Notes: generated by a model from the sequence alone, not told the origin. DNA of 64,000 nucleotides from an uncultured delta proteobacterium (GCA_963716725.1 CAVQUB010000015.1:320001-384000), one strand, 5' to 3'. Shown: positions 49,981 through 60,831, numbered from the stretch's first letter. Program-made: numbers and translations.

Positions 49981-50916
49981 ATGCTAGAGTCCCGGCCTGG
50001 AGCCAGCGCGGTGCAGCGAGCACATTTCCTGCCCGAGGACCGGGACGTCGACGTCGAGGCCGGCGAGTCGCTGCTCGACGCGGCGCTGCGCGGCGGCATC
50101 GCGCACACGCACGTCTGCGGTGGCGCAGCACGCTGCTCGACCTGCCGAGTGAGGATCGTGAGCGGGGCCGAGGCCTGCGCGACGCGAACCCAAGCTGAGG
50201 AGCGGATGGCCAGCCGGCTCGGGTTCGGCCCGGAGATCCGCCTCGCTTGTCAGACCCAGCTCACTGGCGACGTGACGGTGCGTCGTCTCGTGCTCGATCC
50301 GGAGGATGCCGAGATCGTCGACCAGGGGCGTGTCGGCGCGAAGCCGCGGTCGGTGGGTGAAGAGCGGCGCGTCGCGATCCTGTTCGCCGACATCCGAGGC
50401 TTCACGGCCTTCGCCGAGGCGCTGCCCGCTTACGACGTGATCCACACCTTGGGGCGCTACTTCTACCGAATGGACGCGGTGATCCGGCGCCACGGCGGCT
50501 ACGTCGACAACTACATGGGTGACGGCCTGATGGCGCTCTTCGGGACCGACGACGTTCCGGATGCGGCCGGGCGGGCCGTTGCCGCGGGGCTCGAGATGTT
50601 GGCTGCGGTGGACGAGCTGGCGCCGTACTTTCACGCCGCCTATGGCAAGCGTTTTCGCATCGGAGTCGGCATTCACTTCGGCGACGTCGTGATGGGTCCC
50701 ATCGGTCCGCCGGACTACGACAAGATCACCGCCATCGGTGACGCCGTGAACCTGGCCAGCCGGATTGAGGCGGCGAACAAACACCTCGAGACCGAGTTGC
50801 TCGTCTCGGCGGAGACCCGCGCGCTGCTCGGCGACCGCTTTCGCTTCGAGGCCAAAGAGGGCGTCACGCTGCCGGGCAAGGCCGGCGTGCACACGCTCTT
50901 CGAAGTCTGCCGGTAG
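49981..50916 (+). CDS. 2Fe-2S ferredoxin fused to class III adenylate/guanylate cyclase
   Basis: CGGAARCSTC...RLACQ; LFADIRGFT, YMGDG, IGDAVNLASRIE. Confidence 0.9.
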   Translation: MLESRPGASAVQRAHFLPEDRDVDVEAGESLLDAALRGGIAHTHVCGGAARCSTCRVRIVSGAEACATRTQAEERMASRLGFGPEIRLACQTQLTGDVTVRRLVLDPEDAEIVDQGRVGAKPRSVGEERRVAILFADIRGFTAFAEALPAYDVIHTLGRYFYRMDAVIRRHGGYVDNYMGDGLMALFGTDDVPDAAGRAVAAGLEMLAAVDELAPYFHAAYGKRFRIGVGIHFGDVVMGPIGPPDYDKITAIGDAVNLASRIEAANKHLETELLVSAETRALLGDRFRFEAKEGVTLPGKAGVHTLFEVCR

Positions 50917-50932
50917 CGGCGGCGGAGCCGGA

Positions 50933-52744
50933 TCAGGACAGCGGCTCGGAGCCGTCGAGCTTGCGGGGCTTGCGGCCACCGAAGAGCGCAAGGCGGAAGT
51001 AGGCCAGCTGGCTCTTGGCCACCTCTTTGACCTGCTCCACGCGGTCCGACTGCCGGGCGCTGCGGCGCGAAATGAGCTCTCCGCGCTCGAACAGCTCTCG
51101 GGTCTTGGTGCGCTGCAGCTTGCCGCTGGAGGTCTTCGGCAAAACTCCGGCGCCCAGCGGCAGCACGTCGTCGAGCGCGAGCCCGGTGAGCTCCATCACC
51201 CGAGCGCGCACCGCTCCGGCTATCCGATCGCGATCCGCCGGATCTTCCAGGGAGGTCTCGAAGGCGATCACCGCGCCCTCGCCGGTTTCGTCGTTGCCCG
51301 CCGTGCCAAAGGCGATCACGTTGCCCTTGCGCACACCGTCGATCTGGCTCGCGGCCCACTCGATGTCTTGCGGGTAATAGTTGCGGCCGCGCACGATCAA
51401 CAGCTCCTTGGAGCGGCCGCAGACGTAGACCGAGCCGTCGGCCAGGTATCCGAGATCACCGGTGCGGTACCAGCCGCCCGCGAAGGCGCGATCCGAAAGC
51501 TCGCTGTCTTCGAAGTAGCCGTCGAACACGCTGGGTCCGCGCAGGCGCAGCTCGCCGACGGTGCGCTCGGGCAGTTGAGCCTCGCCCTTGTCGTCGTCGT
51601 GGTGGAAGACGCCGACCTCGTGGCCCTCGAAGGCGCGGCCGCAGGACACCAGTCGAAGGGTGTCGCCGTCGGCCTTGGGTACCGCGCGCCCCTCGGCCCA
51701 TAGGGCCTCGGCTTCGACCTGATCGGTGGGCAACCCGCGAGCGAAGGACACGGCGAGGGTGGACTCCGCCAAGCCGTAGGCCGGGAAGAACGACTCCTGG
51801 CGAAACCCGAGCTTCGCGAAGGTGTTGGCGAAGCTCTCGAGGGTCTCGGCGCGGATCGGCTCGGCGCCGCAGCCCGCGACGCGCCAGCGTGACAGATCCA
51901 CTCCTTCGAGCTCGCGCTCCTTGGCGCGCTTCACGCACAGCGCGTAGGCGAAGTTCGGGCCGAAGGTCATGCTCGCCTCGTAACGAGACATCGCCTGCAG
52001 CCAGACCGCCGGACGGAACAGGAACATCAGCGGGGTGAGGAAGGTGGTCTGGATGGTGCCGACGATCGGGGACAGCACGAAGCCGATCAACCCCATGTCG
52101 TGATAGAGCGGGAGCCAGGACAGCGCGGAGTCCACCGTGGGATCGATCCGCAGGCCTTCCACGTTGATGTTCTGGATGTTCGCCAGCAGGTTGGCGTGAG
52201 TGATGCGGACGCCCTTGGGCCGCGAGGTCGAGCCGCTGGTGAACTGCAAGAAGGCCACGTCGTCGGCGTTGATCTGCGGGGCCACGAGCGGGCGCTTTGC
52301 GTCCTCGAGGGAGGAGTAGGTGACGATGGTCCGAAGCGCAGGACAGCTGGCTTGCACGTTTCCGAGCACACCCTTGATGACGGGCGAGGTGATCAGCGCC
52401 TTCGCGCCGCAGCGCTCCACGATGTGCCGGGTATTGTCCAAGAAGCCCGTCAGCTGGGCCGGGCCCATGGGTGGATAGATCGGCACGGGCAGGATCCCCG
52501 CGCGCAGGGCGGCGAGGAAGGTGATCACGAAGGCCTCGTTGTCGGGCAAGACCAGCGCAACGCGGTCGCCCTTCTTCAGGCCGAGGGACTGGAGCGCGCC
52601 GCCGATGGCGTGGGTGTGGCGCTCGATGTCCGCGAAGGTGTGCGACGACTCGACCCACTTCTCGTTCTTCACGAAGCGGAACCCGCGGCCGCCGCCGCTG
52701 AGCGCGGCCAGCTCGATGGCGTGGGCCAATGACGTCGGTTTCAT
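50933..52744 (-). CDS. Fatty acyl-AMP ligase
   Basis: LQFTSGSTSRPKGV, SWLPLYHDMGLIG, YGLAESTL, RTGDLG, LPKTSSGKLQR. Confidence 0.9.
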   Translation of the reverse strand: MKPTSLAHAIELAALSGGGRGFRFVKNEKWVESSHTFADIERHTHAIGGALQSLGLKKGDRVALVLPDNEAFVITFLAALRAGILPVPIYPPMGPAQLTGFLDNTRHIVERCGAKALITSPVIKGVLGNVQASCPALRTIVTYSSLEDAKRPLVAPQINADDVAFLQFTSGSTSRPKGVRITHANLLANIQNINVEGLRIDPTVDSALSWLPLYHDMGLIGFVLSPIVGTIQTTFLTPLMFLFRPAVWLQAMSRYEASMTFGPNFAYALCVKRAKERELEGVDLSRWRVAGCGAEPIRAETLESFANTFAKLGFRQESFFPAYGLAESTLAVSFARGLPTDQVEAEALWAEGRAVPKADGDTLRLVSCGRAFEGHEVGVFHHDDDKGEAQLPERTVGELRLRGPSVFDGYFEDSELSDRAFAGGWYRTGDLGYLADGSVYVCGRSKELLIVRGRNYYPQDIEWAASQIDGVRKGNVIAFGTAGNDETGEGAVIAFETSLEDPADRDRIAGAVRARVMELTGLALDDVLPLGAGVLPKTSSGKLQRTKTRELFERGELISRRSARQSDRVEQVKEVAKSQLAYFRLALFGGRKPRKLDGSEPLS

Positions 52745-52928
52745 CTCGTGAAGCTCCGGGAGTAGGAAAGGGCGGCGCACCGTATCACGCCGCGGCCGCG
52801 CTCGAGCGGCGCCGCCGCGGCGGATCCGCGCACGAACCCCCGGCCCGCGGCCACGCGAGCCGCTAGAACGGGGCCAGAAGTGCCCGATCTGGCCGGCGCG
52901 TGGTAGGGTCTCGACCGGAGATTCGCGC

Positions 52929-54422
52929 GTGCCGGACTGGGGACCTGACTACGACATCGCCGGGCGCTACCGGCTGGTCAGTCTGCTGGGCCGCGGCGGC
53001 ATGGGCGAGGTCTGGCGGGCCGAGCACACGGCGCTCCACTCGGCCGTTGCCATCAAGCTCATCCATCAGCGCTACGCAAACGACGAGGGAGTGGTGCGGC
53101 GCTTCATGCAAGAGGCGCGAGCGGCTGCCTCGCTCCAGAGCCCCTACGTGGTTCGCACGACCGATTTCGGCGTGGTCGAAGGCACGCCCTTCCTGGTGAT
53201 GGAGTTGCTGAACGGTGAGAGCCTGGCGGAGCGGCTCGAGCGCGTCGGGCGACTCGGCCCAGCCGAGGCCGCGCGCGTGGTGCGGCATGTCGCGCGCGCT
53301 ATCGGCAAGGCTCACGAAGCCGGCTTCGTTCATCGGGACCTCAAGCCCGACAACATCTTCATTTGCTCGGACGACGAAGAAGAGATCGTCAAGGTCTTGG
53401 ACTTCGGCATCGCCAAGGCCATCTCCGGCACCCTGGGCGACAACTCGACGCACACACGAACCGGCGCGCTGCTCGGCACCCCGTACTACATGAGCCCCGA
53501 GCAGGCCCAAGGCGACCGGAGCGTGGACTTTCGGACGGATCTCTGGGCCATCGGCGTGATCGCCTTCGAGTGCCTGGTGGGCAAGCGACCCTTCGACGCG
53601 GAGGGGCTGGGGTCGCTGGTCATGCAGGTCTGCGCGGGGCCAATCCCCATCCCCTCGCAGCTCGCCCCCGTCCCGCCGGGCTTCGACGAGTGGTTCCACC
53701 GAGCGCTCTGCCGCGATCCCGAAGGTCGCTTCCAGACCGCGCGCGAACTCTCGCACGCGCTGCGCGCCGTGCTGGTCCCGTCGGCATCCACCGATGCGGC
53801 CGGGGTGAGCCGCATGCAGTGGCCCGGCCCGGCGGCACGCCAGGCTGGCACCGAGAGCATTTCGGCGGTGTTCGTCGCGCCGAGCGCGGAAGCAGCGCAG
53901 ACTGCGGACGCGACGCCCGGTGCGAGGATCCCCGAGCCGACCCCGACCCATGGGGCGTCCGCCCACGCCACCACTCCTTGGAGCAGCGCCCATCAGCGGC
54001 TCGATACCGCCGCGGGGGCCAACGCTGCGGTATCGATCCCGATGAAGAAGAGCGGGCTCGGGTGGGTCGCGCTGCTCGCGGTCGCTGGCGTCGTTGGCGT
54101 GGTCAGTCTGCTGTTGGTCGTTCGTGTCGTGAGCAAGCGGGCTGCGGTGGCCGCGAGCGCCGATCCGGCAGCTGCGAGCGCGCCGCCGCTTTCGGAGGTC
54201 GCGGCCGCGCCAAGCGCCGATCCGGAGCCGAGCGCTGCCGCCTCGGCACCCGCAGCGCCCGAGGCATCGGCGGGGCCCGCACCCAAGATCGCGACCCGCG
54301 CCGTGAAGCCACCCGTCGCCGCACCTGCCATCGTCGGCAAAGCCCCCACCATGCCCAAGCACGAGCCCGTGAAGCCCCCGGCCGCACCCCCCGCGAGCAG
54401 CAAGGGCAGACTCGGCTTCTGA
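52929..54422 (+). CDS. Hanks-type Ser/Thr kinase with TM helix
   Basis: GRGGMGEV, VAIK, HRDLKPDN, DFG, GTPYYMSPEQ. Confidence 0.95.
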   Translation: MPDWGPDYDIAGRYRLVSLLGRGGMGEVWRAEHTALHSAVAIKLIHQRYANDEGVVRRFMQEARAAASLQSPYVVRTTDFGVVEGTPFLVMELLNGESLAERLERVGRLGPAEAARVVRHVARAIGKAHEAGFVHRDLKPDNIFICSDDEEEIVKVLDFGIAKAISGTLGDNSTHTRTGALLGTPYYMSPEQAQGDRSVDFRTDLWAIGVIAFECLVGKRPFDAEGLGSLVMQVCAGPIPIPSQLAPVPPGFDEWFHRALCRDPEGRFQTARELSHALRAVLVPSASTDAAGVSRMQWPGPAARQAGTESISAVFVAPSAEAAQTADATPGARIPEPTPTHGASAHATTPWSSAHQRLDTAAGANAAVSIPMKKSGLGWVALLAVAGVVGVVSLLLVVRVVSKRAAVAASADPAAASAPPLSEVAAAPSADPEPSAAASAPAAPEASAGPAPKIATRAVKPPVAAPAIVGKAPTMPKHEPVKPPAAPPASSKGRLGF

Positions 54423-54433
54423 AGTTCAGCACC

Positions 54434-55465
54434 ATGCGCCCAAAGCAATCGATCCTCGTCGCCCTCATCGTCCTGCTCACTTCGACCTTCGCGCGGGCGG
54501 AGCCCGACGCCGCCACGAAAGAGAAGGCGCGCGTCATGGGCACGAAGGGCCTGTCGCACTACGACAACGGCGACTACGCGAAAGCGGTGGAGCAGTTCGA
54601 GCCGGCCTACGGGCTGTATCGCGCGCCGACACTCGGGCTCTACTCGGCGCGCGCATTGGCCAAGCTCGGTCGGCTGACCCAGGCATCCGCGCGTTACCTC
54701 GAGGTGATGAACTTGCCCCTGGCGAAGGACGCGCCGGCGCAGTTCGCCGAAGCGCAAAGCGCCGCCGCCGCGGAGCGCACGGAGTTGATCCAGCGAATTC
54801 CGAGGCTGCGGGTCGAGATCGCCGGCAGCGGCGAGGGCGACGCGACGGTGACCGTCGACGGAGTTGCGGTCGATTTGCAGGCGCTCTCGGCGGGCGTTCA
54901 GCTCAATCCCGGCGCCCACGAGGTCCGCGGACAGCTCGGCGACAAGCCAGCGCAGATGACCGTCCCGCTGCAAGAGGGCGAGACCCGAACCATCACCCTG
55001 GACTTCTCCGGCTCGTCGCCAGCCGCGGTCACGCCCGGATCCGGGACCGTGGGCCCGGGATCGGCGCCCGCAGCCGGGGGCTCGTTCCAGCCGGCGGGCC
55101 CCGATGGTCGCGCCCCAGTCACTCAGGGCTCCGGCGCGCGCACTTTCGGGTGGGTGCTCATCGGTACGGGGATCGTCGGGGTCGGCGTCGGCGCGGTGAC
55201 CGGTGGCTTAGCGTCCCAGAAGAAGTCGGATCTGGAGGGCGTCTGCCATCCGAATCTCGATCACTGCCCCGAGAACGAGCGCCGCGTCGTGGACGAGTAC
55301 AATACGCTACGCACCGTATCGACCGTCGGCTTCGTCGTGGGCGGCATCGGCATCGCTGGCGGCGGCATCTTGCTTCTCAGCTCGAGGAGCAAGCCCAAGC
55401 CCAGCGCGCGCGGGGTGACGCCGTGGGTGGGCTTGGCGAGCGCCGGGATGCGGGGGTCGTTCTGA
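54434..55465 (+). CDS. TPR/PEGA-like exported protein
   Basis: Signal (ARAE), TPR-like helices, VTVDG, C-terminal hydrophobic segments. Confidence 0.75.
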   Translation: MRPKQSILVALIVLLTSTFARAEPDAATKEKARVMGTKGLSHYDNGDYAKAVEQFEPAYGLYRAPTLGLYSARALAKLGRLTQASARYLEVMNLPLAKDAPAQFAEAQSAAAAERTELIQRIPRLRVEIAGSGEGDATVTVDGVAVDLQALSAGVQLNPGAHEVRGQLGDKPAQMTVPLQEGETRTITLDFSGSSPAAVTPGSGTVGPGSAPAAGGSFQPAGPDGRAPVTQGSGARTFGWVLIGTGIVGVGVGAVTGGLASQKKSDLEGVCHPNLDHCPENERRVVDEYNTLRTVSTVGFVVGGIGIAGGGILLLSSRSKPKPSARGVTPWVGLASAGMRGSF

Positions 55466-56244
55466 TGCTGCCCTGGCGTCGCGAAGCGCTTGCGAGCGTG
55501 TTGCTCGGCGCGTTCGTGGTGGTGAGCTGCGTCTTGCCTCCCGCCAAGGTCGACGAGGGAGCGGGAGGGGGCGGCGCGGGAGGGAGCGGCGCGTTCGGCG
55601 GTGGTGGCAGTGGCGGTGGCGGCGGCGATTGCTCGAACGCGGAGGAGTGCGGGGACGTTGACAGCTACGTCTGCGATCCGGCGACGGCGACCTGCCAAAC
55701 GGGGTGCACGGCGACGTCCTGCGCGGGCGACGAGATCTGCGTTCCGCAGTCGACGGGCGCCGCGGTTGGCGCCTGCTACACGTCCTGTTATCCGCTGGAA
55801 GCTTGCGCCAACGGGGGCACGTGCAACCCGAGCTTTGACGGCGCGTTCGGCGTCTGCTGGCCGGCGGGCGCGGGGGAGGAGGGGCAAGGTTGCAGCCCGA
55901 CTGACGTCAGCTCGGGTTGCGTGCAAGGCTTGCTCTGCGCTGCGGATGGCGGCCAACCGGTCTGCCGGTTTTCTTGCGATTTTTGGGGCGGGTCGCCGTT
56001 CTGCCCGCAGCCTCAACTCTGTGACGTGAGCGGTCGCTGCGTCGAGGAGGGACAGCCGGTTCCCGTCGATGAGATCTGTTACGCGGCAGGCACGCCCTGC
56101 GGCAACGGTGCCTACGCCTGGATGGGCATCTGCGCGACCGACAACGTCTGTCGAAGGGTATGCCGCGTCAACAATCCGTCGGATTGCACGGCGTCGGAAT
56201 CCTGCATCGGCGCGGCGGGCGAAACGGTCGGCCTCTGCTTCTGA
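55465..56244 (+). CDS. Cys-rich lipoprotein
   Basis: Lipobox VVSC, Gly linker, many Cys. Confidence 0.7.
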   Translation: MLPWRREALASVLLGAFVVVSCVLPPAKVDEGAGGGGAGGSGAFGGGGSGGGGGDCSNAEECGDVDSYVCDPATATCQTGCTATSCAGDEICVPQSTGAAVGACYTSCYPLEACANGGTCNPSFDGAFGVCWPAGAGEEGQGCSPTDVSSGCVQGLLCAADGGQPVCRFSCDFWGGSPFCPQPQLCDVSGRCVEEGQPVPVDEICYAAGTPCGNGAYAWMGICATDNVCRRVCRVNNPSDCTASESCIGAAGETVGLCF

Positions 56245-56251
56245 GCGCCGG

Positions 56252-57151
56252 CTACAAGATCAAATCCAACAAGCGATCGAGCTCGTCCAGCGACGAGTAC
56301 TTCACGCTGATCTCGCCCTTGCCGTCGCGGTCGCGCACCTCGCACTTGGTGCCCAGCTTGCGCTCGAGGCGCAGCTCCAGATCGCGCACCGCCGCCGTCT
56401 TGCTGCTCTTGCGCCCGCCCTTGGCGCTCTTGCCGGCGCTCTGCTTGGCGTTGCGCACCAAGGCCTCGGTCTGCCGCACGCTGAGGCGTCCGGCGATGAC
56501 CTTGTCGGCGAGGGTGGCCAGCGTGAGCTCGTCGGGGGCGCCGAGCAGGGCGCGGGCGTGTCCCTCCGAGAGATCCCCCGTGATGACGAGCTTTCGCACG
56601 CGCTCGGGGAGCTTCAAGAGCCGGAGCGCGTTGGCGACGGTCGAGCGATCTTTTCCGATGCGCGAGGCCAGGCTCTCCTGGGTGTAGCCGAGGTCGCGCA
56701 TCAGGCGGTCGAAGGCCTCCGACAGCTCGATGGGGTTGAGATCGGCGCGTTGGATGTTCTCGATCAGCGCCAGCTCGAAGGCGTCCTTGTCCGAGACGTC
56801 GCGCACGACGACCAGGACCTCGCGCAGGCCGGCCCGCTGGGCCGCGCGCCAGCGGCGCTCGCCGGCGATGATCTCGAATTCGTCGGCGGCGCGGCGGCGC
56901 ACGACCAGGGGCTCGATGATGCCGTGCTCGCGGATGCTCTGCGCGAGCTCCTCGAGGGCCTGCTCCTCGATGTGGCTGCGGGGCTGATCGCGCCGCGGCT
57001 TGATCTTCTCGACCCCACAGGTGAACACGTTGCCTTCGCCGTAGCTGCCGACCCCGTGGGACGGAGTCGGGGCAGGGGCGGGCTTGGCGGGGAACAGCGC
57101 GTCGAGCCCTCGACCCAGACCGCGCGGTGGCTTGCCCATGCCGGTGGTCAC
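56252..57151 (-). CDS. parB: Chromosome partitioning protein ParB
   Basis: GLGRGLDAL, QPR, IIAGERRWRAA, ENIQRADLNPIE. Confidence 0.95.
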   Translation of the reverse strand: MTTGMGKPPRGLGRGLDALFPAKPAPAPTPSHGVGSYGEGNVFTCGVEKIKPRRDQPRSHIEEQALEELAQSIREHGIIEPLVVRRRAADEFEIIAGERRWRAAQRAGLREVLVVVRDVSDKDAFELALIENIQRADLNPIELSEAFDRLMRDLGYTQESLASRIGKDRSTVANALRLLKLPERVRKLVITGDLSEGHARALLGAPDELTLATLADKVIAGRLSVRQTEALVRNAKQSAGKSAKGGRKSSKTAAVRDLELRLERKLGTKCEVRDRDGKGEISVKYSSLDELDRLLDLIL

Positions 57152-57912
57152 GGCGCAGCCTCGAGCAGCTCGCGCGCCAGGCTCAGGTAGCCCTGCGCGC
57201 CCTTGCTCGACACGTCGTAGAGCAGCGCGGGCAGGCCGTGGCTCGGGGCCTCGCTGAGGCGCACGTTGCGCGGGATCACGGCGTCGAACACCCGGAAGTG
57301 ACGGCGAACTTCGTCGGCCACCTGGTGCGCCAGGCGATTGCGTGGATCCCACATGGTCAGCACGATGCCTTCCACGGTCAGCTGGGGATTCAAGCTAGAC
57401 TTCACGCGGTCGATGGTGGCCATCAGGTACGTGATGCCTTCGAGCGCGTAGTACTCGGGCTGCAAGGGCACGATCACGCGGTCGGCGGCCACGAGCACGT
57501 TGAGCGTCAGCACACCGAGCGAAGGTGGTGAGTCGATGACCACGTAGCGGTAGCGGTCCAGGGCGGGCTCTTCGAGCAAGCGGCGCAGGTGAGTGCCACG
57601 TTCTTCGTCGAACAACTCGTACTCGACCGCGGTGAGATCTTGCGTGCTCGGCGCGACGTCGAGGGTCGCGATCTTGGTGTGCTGGATGATGTCAGTGAGG
57701 GTCGCGTTGCCGACCAGAGCGTCGTAGATGGTGCGCTCGACGGTGCCGGAGCCGAAGCCGACTCCGCTCGATGCGTTGGCCTGCGGGTCGAGATCGACCA
57801 GCAGGGTGGGTTGCTCGGCCGCAGCCAGGCTCGCGGCGAGGTTCACCGCCGTAGTTGTCTTGCCGACGCCACCCTTCTGGTTGGCGATGGCGATCACGTT
57901 CGGGCGGGGCAT
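57148..57912 (-). CDS. parA: ParA/Soj ATPase
   Basis: NQKGGVGKTTT, DLDPQANAS, IPRNVRLSEAPSHG. Confidence 0.95.
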   Translation of the reverse strand: MPRPNVIAIANQKGGVGKTTTAVNLAASLAAAEQPTLLVDLDPQANASSGVGFGSGTVERTIYDALVGNATLTDIIQHTKIATLDVAPSTQDLTAVEYELFDEERGTHLRRLLEEPALDRYRYVVIDSPPSLGVLTLNVLVAADRVIVPLQPEYYALEGITYLMATIDRVKSSLNPQLTVEGIVLTMWDPRNRLAHQVADEVRRHFRVFDAVIPRNVRLSEAPSHGLPALLYDVSSKGAQGYLSLARELLEAAP

Positions 57913-58046
57913 GTTGGTCGCGGTCGGTGCTTACTGCGAAAGCCGCATCGCCGGTGGTAGCAAAAAGGCAGATGCGACGGGGGCAGGCTCGCACACCGCG
58001 CCGCGGGCGTCGCCTTATCGAACTCGCTGGAAACAGCATCAGTATT

Positions 58047-58075
58047 TTGGACGGGCCCCAGGCGTGTCGTACTGT
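58047..58075 (+). promoter_or_regulatory. Possible sigma70 promoter for the small-ORF pair
   Basis: TTGGAC-N17-TACTGT. Confidence 0.3.
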
Positions 58076-58111
58076 GTGCGCAGATGTAGGTGCAGGTGGG
58101 TTGACGTAAGC

Positions 58112-58288
58112 ATGAACGCCAGTCGCAACGCTCGACATTCCCTCCGCAGCCGCCTCCGCGCGGCGCTGAGTGAAATCGAGCGCGGCGCGGCAGCGCGGCA
58201 GCGGGTGCTCGCCACGCAGTTCTACGCGAGCGCCGAGCCCGGCCCCGGCCGGGTGATCCCACTGCCCAAGTCTTTCGTTCGTCCCTGA
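58112..58288 (+). CDS. Small Arg-rich hypothetical protein (58 aa)
   Basis: ATG 58112, open to TGA 58288; no clear RBS. Confidence 0.4.
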   Translation: MNASRNARHSLRSRLRAALSEIERGAAARQRVLATQFYASAEPGPGRVIPLPKSFVRP

Positions 58289-58324
58289 GCTCTCTGCCCA
58301 CCCCGACCGAGGAGATCCGAATCG

Positions 58325-58516
58325 ATGTCCACGCCCCGCGCTTATCGAAGCTTCGCCGACTTCCAACGCGAGGAAATCCGTCCCGGCATGCGAGCCGGAT
58401 GGACCCTCGACGAGCTCGAAGAACCCGCCATGGGTGCGGAGCTCGACTTCGACGCCGATCCCTTCGAGGCGATGCTCGACAAGGCCGCCGAAGAGGATGA
58501 GGACGAAGACGACTGA
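58325..58516 (+). CDS. Small highly acidic protein (63 aa)
   Basis: GAGGAG RBS; 21 of 63 residues are Asp/Glu. Confidence 0.7.
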   Translation: MSTPRAYRSFADFQREEIRPGMRAGWTLDELEEPAMGAELDFDADPFEAMLDKAAEEDEDEDD

Positions 58517-58876
58517 GCTGCCTTGATTTCGGATTGGCCGGGGTCGGCCGTAGCGTCGCCCCCGTCCGATCCGGGTTCCCCTCCCGGAACCCTTCGGCCC
58601 CCGCGGACCTGCCTCCCGCGGGGGCCATTTTCTTGCGGCCCGCAAGGGGCCTCCCGCTGGTCGGCATCACGACCTGCCACCTCGCAGCGGGCAGCCCGCT
58701 GGTCGCCGGCACCACCGGCCGGGCCGCAAGGGGCGGCGTGGCGGAGCACCCCGATCCGAAGCCCAAGACGGGCGGCCGAAGCCGGACCCCAATTCTCTGC
58801 CTCTTCTCGCTGCCCCGCGCGGCCGGGGAGATGAGGCTTGCGGGTCGGGGACAATCGTGGAATTGAGGCCACTCCC

Positions 58877-60177
58877 ATGCAGGTTCAGGTCAACAAGCTC
58901 AGTCCCGTCTTGATCGAGTTCGATGTCGAGGTCGCTGCCGACCGCGTGAGCTCCGAGATAGAAAAGGCCTTCACGGCCGTCGCCAAGAACGCCCGCATCC
59001 GCGGCTTCCGACCCGGCAAGGCGCCGCGCGGCGTGCTCAAGAGCATGTTCGGCGCGCGCATCGCCGCGGACGTCGCCCAGCGGCTGGTCGACGAGACCTT
59101 CCCCCAGGCCGTGTCCTCACAGAACGTGCAGCCAGTGAGCTCGCCCGCCATCGAGCCGCAGACGGTCGAGGACAAGAAGCCCTTCTCCTACAAGGCACGC
59201 TTCGAGATCGTTCCGGCCATCGAGAGCGTGAAGTACGACGGCCTCGCTGCCAAACGCCCGAAGGTCGCGGTCAAGGACGAGCAGATCAACGAGCAACTCG
59301 AGCGCCTACGGCGCGAGCACTCGACCCTCGAGCCGCCGAAGACCGAGCGCGCCGCCGCCAAGGGCGACGTGGTGACCATCGACTTCACGCATCGAGGTGG
59401 ACGGCAAGGTGATCGAGGACGCCGGCGCGACGGACTTCCCGGCCGAGCTCGGCGCCGGCGTGCTGCTCGGTCGCCATTGACGAGGCGCTCGTGGGCAAGA
59501 AGCCCGGCGACGTCGCCGAGGCCAAGGACGAGATGCCAGCGCAGCATCCGCACCCCAAGCTCAAGGGCAAGACCGCGACCTTCAAGCTCACGCTCAAGGA
59601 CATGAAGGAGCGTGTGCTGCCCGATCTCGACGACGAGTTCGCGAAGGATCTGGGAGAGTTCGCCACGCTCGAGGACTTGAAGAAGGACATCACGGCCCGG
59701 ATCGAGAAGCAGCTCAAGGAGAGCTCCGACAACGCGGTGGCCGAGCAGCTCGTGGTGGAGCTGGTCCGCGCCAACCCGATCCCGCTGCCGCCGTCCTTGG
59801 TCGAGCGCCAGATGCAGCTGACCCAGCAGGAGATCATGTCTCAGGCGCGCCGGCAGGGGCAGAGCCCGGCCGGGCTCGGAGACGAGCTGCGTCAAAAGGT
59901 CCAGGCCGACAGCGAGGTCAAGGTCCGCGCGGGCTTGCTCATGGCCGAGATCGCCAAGAAAGAGCAGATCAAGATCGGCGAAGCGGAGATCGAGGAGGGC
60001 CTGGTCGAGCTGGCTGAGCAGAGCGGCAAGAACGTCGCCAAGCTGCGCGCGGAGTACCGCGACCAAAAGAAGCGCGAAATGCTGATTGGGATGATTCTCG
60101 AGAACAAGGTACTCGACATCATCGAGGCGAAGGCCAAGATCGTGGATGACGTCCCGACCGAAGAGGAAGCCAAATGA
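58877..60177 (+). CDS. tig: Trigger factor (frameshifts near 59390 and 59470)
   Basis: [32 protein letters not shown]. Confidence 0.93.
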
Positions 60178-60831
60178 CGCAGCGCCCGGAGACCCGTCGG
60201 CAAGCCATGGAGATCCTCGAGACATCCGTCGCCAACAACATCATTTACCCGCACGTCGTCGAGACGACCCACCGCGGCGAGCGGACCTGGGACATCTTCA
60301 GCCGCCTGCTCAAGGACCGCATCGTCTTTCTGGGCAGCGAGGTCGACGACGACGTCGCCAACATCATCATCGCCCAGTTTCTGTTTCTGGAGAGCGAGGA
60401 TCCGGACAAGGACATCCAGCTCTACGTGAACTCGCCGGGCGGCGTGGTCACCGCCGGTCTCGCCATCTACGACACCATGCAGTACGTGCGCTGCCCCGTG
60501 ACCACCATCTGCATCGGACAGGCCGCGACCATGGGCGCGCTCCTGCTCGGCGCCGGGCAAAAGGGCCAGCGCTTCGCGCTGCCGCACTCGCGCATCATGA
60601 TCCACCAGCCCCTGGGCGGCGCCCGGGGTCAGGCCACGGACATCGAGATCCAGGCCCGCGAGATCCGTCATGCCAAGGACGTCATCACCGACATCCTGGT
60701 GCGCCGCCACCGGCCGGAGCCGGGACGAAATCGCCAAGGACATCGAGCGCGACTTCTACATGAGCCCGGCGCAGGCCAAGGAGTACGGCCTCATCGACGA
60801 GGTCTTCGAGCCCAAGAAGAAGGGCGAATAG
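60174..60831 (+). CDS. clpP: ClpP protease (frameshift near 60710)
   Basis: [29 protein letters not shown]; shifted tail [20 protein letters not shown]. Confidence 0.93.
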
